DNA of 64,000 nt, from positions 7,802 to 71,801 of IMG/VR virus record IMGVR_UViG_3300046004_001808; one strand, 5' to 3'. Position numbers and translations under genes: made by a program. The notes under the pieces are model-generated. The model did no database searches. It saw only the letters and a list, made by a program, of their open reading frames with translations, and was not told where the DNA came from. Source of the DNA: a virus (lineage: Duplodnaviria > Caudoviricetes). Below, one piece after another: positions 29,963-39,096 of the stretch (position 1 is the first letter of the stretch; each line of letters opens with the position of its first letter).

Positions 29963-30409
29963 TTATTGTTTTGTTATAAATATTTTGTTTCTTGAATTTA
30001 TCATTTCTACCTCACCGGCACGATATATTGGTTCTTCGGTGTCTTTCATAACATAAGAATTATATTTGTAAGGGTTATAGGTTACGATATTACTATTTGG
30101 TTCACTTGGTAGATTTTCACAAGGGAACTTACAATAATCCATTAATGTTCCAATCACAAATGAATGAACATTCTTTCTTTTTTCTTTTATAACCTTTTCT
30201 CTACCTCCGGGTCTAACTCTGAATTCAACGTCACTTAATTTAACATAGTCACAATGATTAACAACTAATCCTTTATAGATTATTGAGAATGTCTGTTTAT
30301 GTAAGTTATAATAAATCATAACTTTCTTACCTATGTAATCATTTTCTTCTTCATCTGAAAAATTTTCAAATATTCTGTTTGCTTGAGATTCTGTTATTAT
30401 TATTTTCAT
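29963..30409 (-). CDS. Conserved-looking phage hypothetical protein with MKIIITE leader
   Basis: YYNLHK..FSI...FRVRPGGREKV...KNVHSFVIG...VTYNPYK. Confidence 0.7.
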   Translation of the reverse strand: MKIIITESQANRIFENFSDEEENDYIGKKVMIYYNLHKQTFSIIYKGLVVNHCDYVKLSDVEFRVRPGGREKVIKEKRKNVHSFVIGTLMDYCKFPCENLPSEPNSNIVTYNPYKYNSYVMKDTEEPIYRAGEVEMINSRNKIFITKQ

Positions 30410-30711
30410 ATTTCATTTACTCGATAAAAGACTCTAGCTCTAAATCCAAATTTATTATTACACCAATTTAGTAAGATTTTTCCCGTTTCTTCATAATCTA
30501 AACTAAACACTTCACTAACAAAATCCCATAATTCCCTAACAATATATAATTGTTTTCCTCTCAAATTATACATAATTTTAAACAATCCATTTTTGGATAA
30601 ATAAATTTCTCTAAATTCAGTACGATTAAATCTTTCTAAATCACTATAATGTTTATTTAACCAATTTATAATAATTGAATTTAATTTATTTTCTGTTATA
30701 ATTAATTTCAT
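30406..30711 (-). CDS. Hypothetical protein with MKLIITE leader
   Basis: 101-aa ORF overlapping both neighbours. Confidence 0.65.
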   Translation of the reverse strand: MKLIITENKLNSIIINWLNKHYSDLERFNRTEFREIYLSKNGLFKIMYNLRGKQLYIVRELWDFVSEVFSLDYEETGKILLNWCNNKFGFRARVFYRVNEI

Positions 30712-31226
30712 TATAATCCTCTAAATTCGTTCTCCGTAACAGGAGTTGCTATATATGACTTGTAAAATGGTTTGTAACCGGCATATGTATGTTTATTGTC
30801 TGAGTTAATTCTTCCATCATCACTAACCACATAATATCTAACTTTGGTTTCAGTTTCGTAATAACCAATATAGTCACCATAATTAATCTGAATACCTAAA
30901 TCATTAAGTTGAGCAGCGTAAATTGAGAATTTAAGATTTCCAGGTTCTGATTGAGCAATTTTAGAATTACCTAAATATTTGGTCTCAGGTGGGAGTATTT
31001 GAACGTAAGCTTTAATCTCAATTGGTGGTAAATATTTGATACCATCGGTCATAACCTCACCATAAACATCATCTGTTTTAGTTTTTAATCTATCTATCTT
31101 ATATAGTACTAACGTAAAGTTCATATCACCATATAACCATTCCTCCCCCATAGAGATGTCTAAGTCGTAATCCTCCGCTCCGAAGAACTTACCTATTCGT
31201 GTAATTGGTACTAATTGTCTGCTCAT
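30711..31226 (-). CDS. Neck / head-closure protein (T4 gp14-like)
   Basis: LVLYKID...DDVYGE...PPIEIK...GDYIGY pattern. Confidence 0.7.
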   Translation of the reverse strand: MSRQLVPITRIGKFFGAEDYDLDISMGEEWLYGDMNFTLVLYKIDRLKTKTDDVYGEVMTDGIKYLPPIEIKAYVQILPPETKYLGNSKIAQSEPGNLKFSIYAAQLNDLGIQINYGDYIGYYETETKVRYYVVSDDGRINSDNKHTYAGYKPFYKSYIATPVTENEFRGL

Positions 31227-31227
31227 A

Positions 31228-31256
31228 TTGATAAATATTAAATAATTTATTATATT
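31228..31256 (+). promoter_or_regulatory. Host-sigma promoter for the SNF2 helicase
   Basis: TTGATA-17 bp-TATATT; overlaps the divergent TATTTATC motif of the neck gene. Confidence 0.55.
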
Positions 31257-31274
31257 TCTATTAAAAGATTAAAT

Positions 31275-33050
31275 TTGGAAAACAATACATCTGAAAATTC
31301 TAATTTAACAATAGAACAACGAGCAATATCTATCCTTGAAACTTATCAGGGGGCAAACAACTATATCCTAAAATTAAAACACCAAAAGGAAACTAACAAA
31401 AGATTCTTCCCAACTCGGGCACAATCTGACTACATTATGAATTTTAATGAAGTAACTCCTAAGGTTGCAAAAAGATGGGTTGATTTAGACCCTTACTTCG
31501 CTAAAAAAATTGCTGATGAAAAATTATTAATTAAAATCCCTGAACAGGTTTGGGTTGAAAAGTTATTAGTTGAGAAAGAAAAGTCTTACCACGTTTGGGG
31601 AAAAGTATTAGAATCTGAAACAATCCACGATTTTTGGTTACCAAAAGGAGCTTTGATTAAAACACACACAATAAAGAATATTGTTGTGGATTATTCAAAA
31701 TACTCCAATAGACCACCGTTAGAACATCAAAAAGAAGCTATTGAAAAACTTGCTGGGTCTAAAAGGTTTATCCTTGCCGATGATATGGGATTGGGTAAGA
31801 CTACCGCAACCATTATTGCTGCTTTAGAGACAGGTGCGAAGAAAATACTTATAGTTTGTCCGGCATCTCTGAAGATTAACTGGCAAAGAGAGATTGAGAA
31901 CTATACCGATAGAAGTGTTTATATCTCCGAAGGTAAGAATTTCTCAATAGAACACGATTTTGTGATTATTAATTACGATATTCTTAAAAACTTCTATGAT
32001 TTAAAAAGTAAAACAGAATCTTTAATCTCACAAGGAAACTTTGATTTAATTATTTTGGATGAGGCACATTATGTTAGTAATGGACAAGCAGCAAGAACCA
32101 AACTTGTTAATAGTTTCTCTAAAAGTTGTGAAAGAGTGTGGTTATTAACCGGAACACCGATGACTAACCGACCGATGAATTATTTCAACCTATTGGCTCT
32201 TATTGAAAGTCCGGTGGCTCAGAATTGGATGGCTTACGCTATTAGATATTGTCAAGGTTATCAATTCACAGCGGGAACTCGTAAGATATGGAACGTAACC
32301 GGAGCATCTAACTTAGAAGAATTGAGAGACAGAACATCAAGACAAGTTTTACGTAGATTAAAAACGGAAGTTTTAGATTTACCTGAGAAAATTATTACAC
32401 CAGTTTATTTGAGATTGAAGTCAAAACTCTATGAAGGATTAATGGGTGAATACTATGATTGGTACAATAAAAACCCCGATGAGTCAACATCTCTAACAGT
32501 TCAGTTCAGTAAGTTAATGAAGGTTCGTCAAGTGATTGCTGAAGAAAAAATTAAAGATACCATAGAATTAGCTGAGAATATTTTGGAACAAGATAAAAAA
32601 GTTATCATCTTTACCAACTTTACTGAGACATTAAACAGAATTGCCGACCATTTTGGAAAACAAGCTGTGAGATTAGATGGTTCAACCTCAAAACCTCAAC
32701 GACAATATGCTGTTGACCAATTTCAAGATAATGAAAAGATTAAGGTGTTTGTTGGAAACGTAAAAGCCGCTGGTGTTGGAATCACACTAACCGCAGCCGA
32801 AGCTGTAATCATTAATGACTTATCATTTGTTCCGGGTGATTTAGCACAAGCGGAAGACCGAGCATACAGATATGGACAGAAAAATTCGGTGTCAGTTTAC
32901 TACCCAATATTCGATAACTCAATAGAAGGAATCATTTACGACATGGTAAATCAAAAGAAACAAAATATTGGAACCGTTATGGGAGACAACATCTCTGAAA
33001 GAGGAGATTTTATTGGAGAACTTATGAATAAGATAAACAATCGGGGATAA
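31275..33050 (+). CDS. SNF2-family helicase (SMARCAL1/HARP-like annealing helicase)
   Basis: LADDMGLGKT, IVCPASLKINW, ILDEAH, LTGTP, GVGITLT and QAEDRAYRYGQ motifs; TTG start. Confidence 0.93.
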   Translation: MENNTSENSNLTIEQRAISILETYQGANNYILKLKHQKETNKRFFPTRAQSDYIMNFNEVTPKVAKRWVDLDPYFAKKIADEKLLIKIPEQVWVEKLLVEKEKSYHVWGKVLESETIHDFWLPKGALIKTHTIKNIVVDYSKYSNRPPLEHQKEAIEKLAGSKRFILADDMGLGKTTATIIAALETGAKKILIVCPASLKINWQREIENYTDRSVYISEGKNFSIEHDFVIINYDILKNFYDLKSKTESLISQGNFDLIILDEAHYVSNGQAARTKLVNSFSKSCERVWLLTGTPMTNRPMNYFNLLALIESPVAQNWMAYAIRYCQGYQFTAGTRKIWNVTGASNLEELRDRTSRQVLRRLKTEVLDLPEKIITPVYLRLKSKLYEGLMGEYYDWYNKNPDESTSLTVQFSKLMKVRQVIAEEKIKDTIELAENILEQDKKVIIFTNFTETLNRIADHFGKQAVRLDGSTSKPQRQYAVDQFQDNEKIKVFVGNVKAAGVGITLTAAEAVIINDLSFVPGDLAQAEDRAYRYGQKNSVSVYYPIFDNSIEGIIYDMVNQKKQNIGTVMGDNISERGDFIGELMNKINNRG

Positions 33051-33089
33051 TCCGGTTGTTTAGATATTTATCATAATAAACAAGCCTAC

Positions 33090-34019
33090 ATGAAAAATAT
33101 TAAAAATAAAATTAAACTCATTATAGAAAAGATTAAATCGGTGGAAAACCTTAGTAATCGAAAACCATCCATTAATGAAATGAAAAAAATAGAAATTGAA
33201 AAACTTAAATCTATTATATCTGAAGGTAAATCGGAAAGATGTAGTAGAGAAATGAACGAATCGATTAGAATGGTGTTTAACATTAACCCTAAAGTTAAAA
33301 CAATTTTTAAAGACGGTATTAATCGAATGATGAAAGAAGTCTTCCCTGATAACTATTATGGAAATAATGAATATAGTGAAGGAGAAGTTGCCGGAGTATA
33401 TGATTTAGAAAAAGATGGTCGTTCTGTTTTAAATAAATTAAACACAAACTATAGTTGTTTTTGTATCTTATTAAACGATGTTAATCAAGTCTTAAAATCA
33501 AAAAACGAACCCGAAATAAAAATTATTGGTTTAAAACCTTTTGAGCAAATTAGTGAAGTTAAAAAACTTGTTAATGTTTTAGATGAATATAAGTCTAGAA
33601 TTTTTTCACAAAAATCCTCAACATTTCAAAATCTTATGAAAGTTTTAACTCAAACAGATAGTTGGGGTCAAGCTCGTGAAGATAGAACAATTCAAATATT
33701 AAAAAAACAATTTGGTGAAAAAAATGTTAACGCCATTGGTAAACTTGGTAGTAAAGAAGACATGATTGGTGGTATTGATTGTGAAGTTATTATTGATGGA
33801 GTTAAAAAAACCGCACAAATTAAACCTTTTACGGGGGAAAAAGAAATTGATAATTCTGTTATGATTTTAGGAACCGCAAATGTTAAAAGATATTCAACCG
33901 ATTGGTTAATTTTTACTAGAAATAATAAAGAAGTATTGGTCTTTGATAATAAACACTCAAAAATAATGGGTGGTCAGTATATTTTCCCTAAAGAAGACCT
34001 GATTTATACATTAAGTTGA
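33090..34019 (+). CDS. Putative PD-(D/E)xK nuclease-fold protein
   Basis: C-terminal GQARE...EDMIGGIDCEV...TAQIKPF resembles E..D..(Q/E)xK restriction-endonuclease motifs. Confidence 0.55.
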   Translation: MKNIKNKIKLIIEKIKSVENLSNRKPSINEMKKIEIEKLKSIISEGKSERCSREMNESIRMVFNINPKVKTIFKDGINRMMKEVFPDNYYGNNEYSEGEVAGVYDLEKDGRSVLNKLNTNYSCFCILLNDVNQVLKSKNEPEIKIIGLKPFEQISEVKKLVNVLDEYKSRIFSQKSSTFQNLMKVLTQTDSWGQAREDRTIQILKKQFGEKNVNAIGKLGSKEDMIGGIDCEVIIDGVKKTAQIKPFTGEKEIDNSVMILGTANVKRYSTDWLIFTRNNKEVLVFDNKHSKIMGGQYIFPKEDLIYTLS

Positions 34020-34040
34020 TATTTATAAAATAAAAACGTT

Positions 34041-35183
34041 ATGGGAATATTAACAGGGGCTACATATCAAACAGCTATTATACCGGAACCAGAAAGAACT
34101 AAATTATATACAAGAATTAAACATCTTTTAGGTGCACCATTAAGGAGTGTTGAATTAGAAGATGAACAAATGGATAGTTTATTAGAATTGTCTATTGGTG
34201 ATTATTCTCAATATATACAAGATTGGTTAATTGAATCTCAATGGACTTCATTGTACAATTTAAATTTGGATACAGAATCGTTATCAAGAGCCTTTGTAAC
34301 CAAAAGTTTAGATTGGGAAACAAGATATACTTACGCATACTCTAAAATTGTCGGATTACAAGCCGGTGGTGATTGGGTTTTGAAAAAAGATTTTGTTCAA
34401 TTAGTACCAAACCAACAAATATATGAAATTCCTGCAAACCGAGAAATAAATGAAGTATTATGGTTTACACCTTCAGAATTAAATGGGTTATTATTTGACC
34501 CCTGGACTTTTGGTGGTTTAGGTGGTGGTGGTTTTGGTGGACCGGGTGGTTTTGCTCAAATGGGTGCGTCAGGTTCTTACTTTATGATGCCGGCATTTGA
34601 TATGTTATTGAGAATGCAAGAAATTAATATTCAAAGAAGAATTATTGCGGGAGATTTAACTTATACCATCACAGCATTACCTGAAGGTAAAAAAGCTCTT
34701 CACTTAATGAACACACCTGGAGGTAAATTTGATTTTGGTAATCAACAAATGGCTAGAGGTAAAGTTTGGTATTGGTATTACGATGTTGGTCCTGCGGACA
34801 GAGATAATTGTTTAAAAAACAATCCGGATATTATTAAACTACCATCAGACGTTCCAATAGATTCAATGTCTTGGATTGATTTAAATAATCCAGCACAACA
34901 ATTTGTACGAAGATGGTTTACCGCTTATTGTAAAGAAACGTTATCAAGAGTTAGAGGTAAATTTAGTGGTAATATTAAAACACCTGATAGTGAATTAACA
35001 ATGGATTACGCTACTTTAGCGACTGAAGGTAAAGATGAAAAAACAAAACTTGAAGAAGAATTAAAGTTAAGACTTGAAAGATTACGTCCTGAGAAAATGA
35101 TGGAACGTGAAGCGTTACTTGCTGAAAATTTAAACAAACAACTTAAGTTTAGAGCAATGCCAAGACAAATTTATGTTATATAA
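34041..35183 (+). CDS. Neck / head-tail adaptor protein (T4 gp13-like)
   Basis: IKHLLGAPLRSVELEDEQM and WFTAYCKETLSRVRGKFSG...L..EG..EK. Confidence 0.85.
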   Translation: MGILTGATYQTAIIPEPERTKLYTRIKHLLGAPLRSVELEDEQMDSLLELSIGDYSQYIQDWLIESQWTSLYNLNLDTESLSRAFVTKSLDWETRYTYAYSKIVGLQAGGDWVLKKDFVQLVPNQQIYEIPANREINEVLWFTPSELNGLLFDPWTFGGLGGGGFGGPGGFAQMGASGSYFMMPAFDMLLRMQEINIQRRIIAGDLTYTITALPEGKKALHLMNTPGGKFDFGNQQMARGKVWYWYYDVGPADRDNCLKNNPDIIKLPSDVPIDSMSWIDLNNPAQQFVRRWFTAYCKETLSRVRGKFSGNIKTPDSELTMDYATLATEGKDEKTKLEEELKLRLERLRPEKMMEREALLAENLNKQLKFRAMPRQIYVI

Positions 35184-35186
35184 CTT

Positions 35187-35573
35187 ATGAATACAATATC
35201 CAATAGATTAACTAGAAAAACAATTAACGAAAAACAATTTTTAGGAGACACTTTAATTGAAATAGAAGAAATTAAAATACAAAACCCTAAAATAATTCCA
35301 ATGAAAAAAATAATTACTAACTCCGAATATAAAACAAATGGTGAAATATTAATAGTAATAAAAGAAGTTGATTCTTGTAATCTTACTTTAGATTCAAATA
35401 CGACCGACCATATCATAATTAAAGCATTTACTAAAGTTTATATTAGACCAAGTTTTGGTAAGATAGACGAATATTATGATGAAATATTAATTGATTTGGG
35501 TGCGTGTGTAGAATTTTACTTATTAGAGAATAATTGGTACATAGTTTCCTCAGATGGTTTAAAATTAGAATAA
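35187..35573 (+). CDS. Hypothetical beta-rich protein
   Basis: 128-aa ORF following the neck gene; ends in NNWYIVSSDG. Confidence 0.65.
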   Translation: MNTISNRLTRKTINEKQFLGDTLIEIEEIKIQNPKIIPMKKIITNSEYKTNGEILIVIKEVDSCNLTLDSNTTDHIIIKAFTKVYIRPSFGKIDEYYDEILIDLGACVEFYLLENNWYIVSSDGLKLE

Positions 35574-35602
35574 AAAAAGGTGTCGTATTAGACACCTTTT
35601 TT
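35573..35602. terminator. Bidirectional intrinsic terminator
   Basis: AAAAAAGGTGTC-GTATTA-GACACCTTTTTT between convergent genes. Confidence 0.88.
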
Positions 35603-35605
35603 GTT

Positions 35606-38395
35606 TTAGTTAATATGTTCTTCCCAACCAGGTTCTGCTAATTCATAAATATATTCAGAACTAACCCCAACTCTATCCCAAAACTTTAATTCCAAATCTG
35701 TAATGGTTAATAGGTCCTCAATAGTGTCTTGGTCACCTTCTTTATTCGGAATACCACCAATTAACTCACATTGGGTCTTAGTAAAGAATCCTCTATCTTC
35801 GGGATTAGCAATTAACAAACTTTCTCTTAACTCTTTATTAAAAACAATTAATAATGGTTCAACTTTCTTATTGAATGTAGAGATTGCTCTCGCAATATTG
35901 TAATCTCCTGTTAAATCGGGATTGTTCTCAATTTCAGTTTGGTCTAACATATAACAATTAAGTTGTATGGTTGAGGTTGTTTTGTTTTCCGGTTCCTGTC
36001 CATTAACTGATGTAAATAAATCCAACTCTTTCTTGGTATAATTATTTTTAGTCAATTTTTGAACATCCCCGTGTGACGCTTTTAATCCATTATTAACATA
36101 ACTGATTACATCACCCAACGACACCTTTAAATTGTGTTTAATAGCTAATTCCATATGAGCCATTCTACTCATTAAAGAACCCGCCTTTGTTTTCATACCA
36201 CATCGTTTTTTGTAATCATCGATAGATAGTTTAACTCTCGCTCTTTGGGCAATTTGTTTTAAGGGTATTTGTTTATCATATATTCTTTGGTGGTATTCAA
36301 AATACCATTCAATAAACTCCTGACCTTTTCCTTCCAACAATAGCTTCACTCCTTTATCTAAAAATACCTCAATATATAATGGTAATTTTTTAGATTTAAT
36401 TGAGTTTCCGGTTAATTTAATCTTACCGTTAGATTCCATCGTAGCGTAATTCTTTCTACTTAAATTGATACACGAATCCCAAGTTCCATCACAATCAAGA
36501 CCCATTTCACCTTTCATAAACAAATCGTTGTATTCGGCGGTATCGGCATAATAACCTCTATATTCTTGACCCTCTTTAACCAACCAATTCAAACCTTTTC
36601 CGATGTAAACCCTGTCGTCAACACCACCTTCAGGTAAACTAAAGTTGACACCATCCGTATCAAGTACCAAAGGAGTGTATCCTCTCTTAACAAAGTACTT
36701 TACCATTTGACGAAGATATTGTCTTCCGGTACAGGTAATTCTTTCCCCACTATTCATTTCTCCCCACTCATAAACGTGTGGAGCAGATAAACCACCAAAC
36801 ATTGAGTTAATGAAGATTTTTAACGGTAACTGTTTACGGTCATACGATAATGATTTTTTAGAATCAGTTGACTTATATTCCGTTGCTAAGTTTTTATACA
36901 TAATACGAGCGTTACGGAAGTAAGTTAACATTCCTTTCATTCCACCCATAACATCACACTCAGGGAACACGTCGTGCACCAACTGAATAGATGGATATAG
37001 GGAAGAGTAATCTAGTTTTAGTACGTTGGTAGAGTAACCCACCTTAAGTAGTCTTGAAAGTCCTCCTACGAAGTCAGTCTTCTCTTCTTTTGCAGGAATA
37101 GCCAAATTGTTCTTGAATGACCAAGCCAACATAATCATTCTCCATAGAGTTGCGGTTCCCATTGTGGAAACTCTCTCATAAGTTGTTGGTACCATCGACG
37201 CTAATAGAAACGTTCCCTGATTGAATTCATCATCCACCGTTAACGTTTCCTCTAAATCGTCGTCAAGATATCTCTCCACAACATTATCCCCCGTCACTTT
37301 AATATATTTTCCGGGAAATCTTGTGTCTAAGTTATTGAAGTCCGGATTGTCGGCTTTCTTATATTTCCCATTCTCAACATTTAACCAATATTCCTCTTTT
37401 TTAGCATACATCGGTCCAATCTCTAAGTGGTCAATATAAACTCGGTCGGGAGCTTCCGCTTTAATATATTGGGTAATGTATTTAAGACCCGCTGATTTAA
37501 TACTTGAGTTAATCGCCTGAGCTCTACGAACTGAGTGGATAATATCAATAATATTATAACCCCACAATTGAGTTTGTGAGAATCTCTCCACCTCGTTGGC
37601 AAGTTTTAACATACCATCCTTTTGAGAGATAGGTCTTGCCGGATTTAGGGATTTAGCAATCTTTTTGATATCTAAGTTAAGAGCTTTACATCTCTCAAAT
37701 ATCCAAAACCAGTCAAAGTTTGCAGAATTGTATCCACCGATGATTGATGGTTTAAGTTCGTCAATAATTTTGAAGAACTCTACCAAACCTCTTCGTTCTT
37801 GGTCTTCGTCAGCACACTCAATAACTTTTTGGTATCCTTTATTGGTTTTGATTCCAATCATAAATATACGACCATCCTTAGGTTCTAAAGCGGTCGTCTC
37901 CAAGTCAAATCCGAGTCGGGTGATGTCGTTGTATTCTTCATACCCTTTAAATAATCTCTTCTCTCTTGAAATAAGGAACTGTTCTACCGGTGGAAGTACC
38001 GTAAGTTTACCTTTTGTTTTTTCACCCCAGGGGTCAACACCACCATCTCTAAAGAATTGGATAAGTGAACGATAACCCTTCATTGATTTAACCATATATT
38101 TGAGACCTTTTTCTAATCTCTCATTACCTTTGGTTTCTAACTTATCAATGATGATTCCGTGTTTTTTCATCGCCTCTTTTTGTTGGTCTTTGGACTTTGA
38201 ATAAAAATTCAAATCTCTCAAATCACCAACCCAAGCAAATGCCGTAAATGTATCTTTTTTGATTATTTTTCCCTGACCAGGGATTTCTTTAATTTTGTAT
38301 ATTGAGTCTGACCCATAGTCATACTCAATAGCAACGATGTGCTCTTCCGGGTCATTTCCTTCAAGGAATGCCTTAATTTCTTCTTGTGTTACCAT
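35606..38395 (-). CDS. DNA polymerase family B with 3'-5' exonuclease
   Basis: ExoI FDLETT, ExoII YNSANFDW, motif A LDYSSLYPS, motif B KIFINSMFG, motif C LDTDG. Confidence 0.95.
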   Translation of the reverse strand: MVTQEEIKAFLEGNDPEEHIVAIEYDYGSDSIYKIKEIPGQGKIIKKDTFTAFAWVGDLRDLNFYSKSKDQQKEAMKKHGIIIDKLETKGNERLEKGLKYMVKSMKGYRSLIQFFRDGGVDPWGEKTKGKLTVLPPVEQFLISREKRLFKGYEEYNDITRLGFDLETTALEPKDGRIFMIGIKTNKGYQKVIECADEDQERRGLVEFFKIIDELKPSIIGGYNSANFDWFWIFERCKALNLDIKKIAKSLNPARPISQKDGMLKLANEVERFSQTQLWGYNIIDIIHSVRRAQAINSSIKSAGLKYITQYIKAEAPDRVYIDHLEIGPMYAKKEEYWLNVENGKYKKADNPDFNNLDTRFPGKYIKVTGDNVVERYLDDDLEETLTVDDEFNQGTFLLASMVPTTYERVSTMGTATLWRMIMLAWSFKNNLAIPAKEEKTDFVGGLSRLLKVGYSTNVLKLDYSSLYPSIQLVHDVFPECDVMGGMKGMLTYFRNARIMYKNLATEYKSTDSKKSLSYDRKQLPLKIFINSMFGGLSAPHVYEWGEMNSGERITCTGRQYLRQMVKYFVKRGYTPLVLDTDGVNFSLPEGGVDDRVYIGKGLNWLVKEGQEYRGYYADTAEYNDLFMKGEMGLDCDGTWDSCINLSRKNYATMESNGKIKLTGNSIKSKKLPLYIEVFLDKGVKLLLEGKGQEFIEWYFEYHQRIYDKQIPLKQIAQRARVKLSIDDYKKRCGMKTKAGSLMSRMAHMELAIKHNLKVSLGDVISYVNNGLKASHGDVQKLTKNNYTKKELDLFTSVNGQEPENKTTSTIQLNCYMLDQTEIENNPDLTGDYNIARAISTFNKKVEPLLIVFNKELRESLLIANPEDRGFFTKTQCELIGGIPNKEGDQDTIEDLLTITDLELKFWDRVGVSSEYIYELAEPGWEEHIN

Positions 38396-38457
38396 AAATA
38401 TATTTTTTAGAATGACATATTGGCTCTGACATAAATCAGGTTTGTCTTGTTTCTATA

Positions 38458-38486
38458 AATATAAATGATATTAATTAATAAATCAA
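38458..38486 (-). promoter_or_regulatory. Host-sigma promoter for the DNA polymerase
   Basis: Minus strand TTGATT-17 bp-TATATT, overlapping a TATTTATA motif. Confidence 0.5.
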
Positions 38487-38493
38487 TTTTATA

Positions 38494-39072
38494 TTATAAT
38501 TGTGTTATTATCACAGATACAGATGGACTTGTCGGTCTAGATGGATTACTTCTTATTGGTATCGCATATAACTTAACATCAGCAACATCTGAAGACCACA
38601 CTAACTCAACATTATCACCTGATTCCACTGTTAAAAGATAAGTCCATGCCGCAATTAATGGAGATGATATTGGTGTACCAGCAAGTACTACGTCACCGGT
38701 ACTGTCAATAATTGGATTCCCATTTTGATTTAACCATATACTAATAGTGTATGCACCAGCACCTGTTGTTTTTATTAATTGAGATGAAAAGGAGAAATTA
38801 TAAGTTCCACCAGATAAAAATGTAAATTTACTACCATCAACAACTGTAACTCCCTCAGAATCAATTACAGTATCTGCACTCATTATATATGATTGAGATG
38901 TGGTTCCTGTAATAAATTGGTCAACAGTTGATAAAAATTGACCATGAGCGGCATCTCCGGAAGTATTTCCTGCTTTAACTTTATATGTTGTACCACCGTC
39001 AGATACCACAAATAAAGTGTCTGTTGTTATTCCGGTTATTTCGGGCAATAATGCTATTGGTAAATCAGGCAT
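38494..39072 (-). CDS. Virion appendage protein with a C1q/BclA-C-terminal-like beta-sandwich
   Basis: N-terminal MPDLPIALLP...TTYKVK module; C-terminal GTYNFSFSSQL...ISIWL..NG...GDNVELVW...PSVSVIITQL. Confidence 0.6.
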   Translation of the reverse strand: MPDLPIALLPEITGITTDTLFVVSDGGTTYKVKAGNTSGDAAHGQFLSTVDQFITGTTSQSYIMSADTVIDSEGVTVVDGSKFTFLSGGTYNFSFSSQLIKTTGAGAYTISIWLNQNGNPIIDSTGDVVLAGTPISSPLIAAWTYLLTVESGDNVELVWSSDVADVKLYAIPIRSNPSRPTSPSVSVIITQL

Positions 39073-39096
39073 GTTTTTTTTTTATTAATAAATAGT

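Noticed and set aside
1-38395. Inteins or self-splicing introns in nrdA, nrdB, the helicases, the recombinase or PolB
   Set aside because: The ORFs are continuous and of ordinary length, and no intein or homing-endonuclease motifs were seen.
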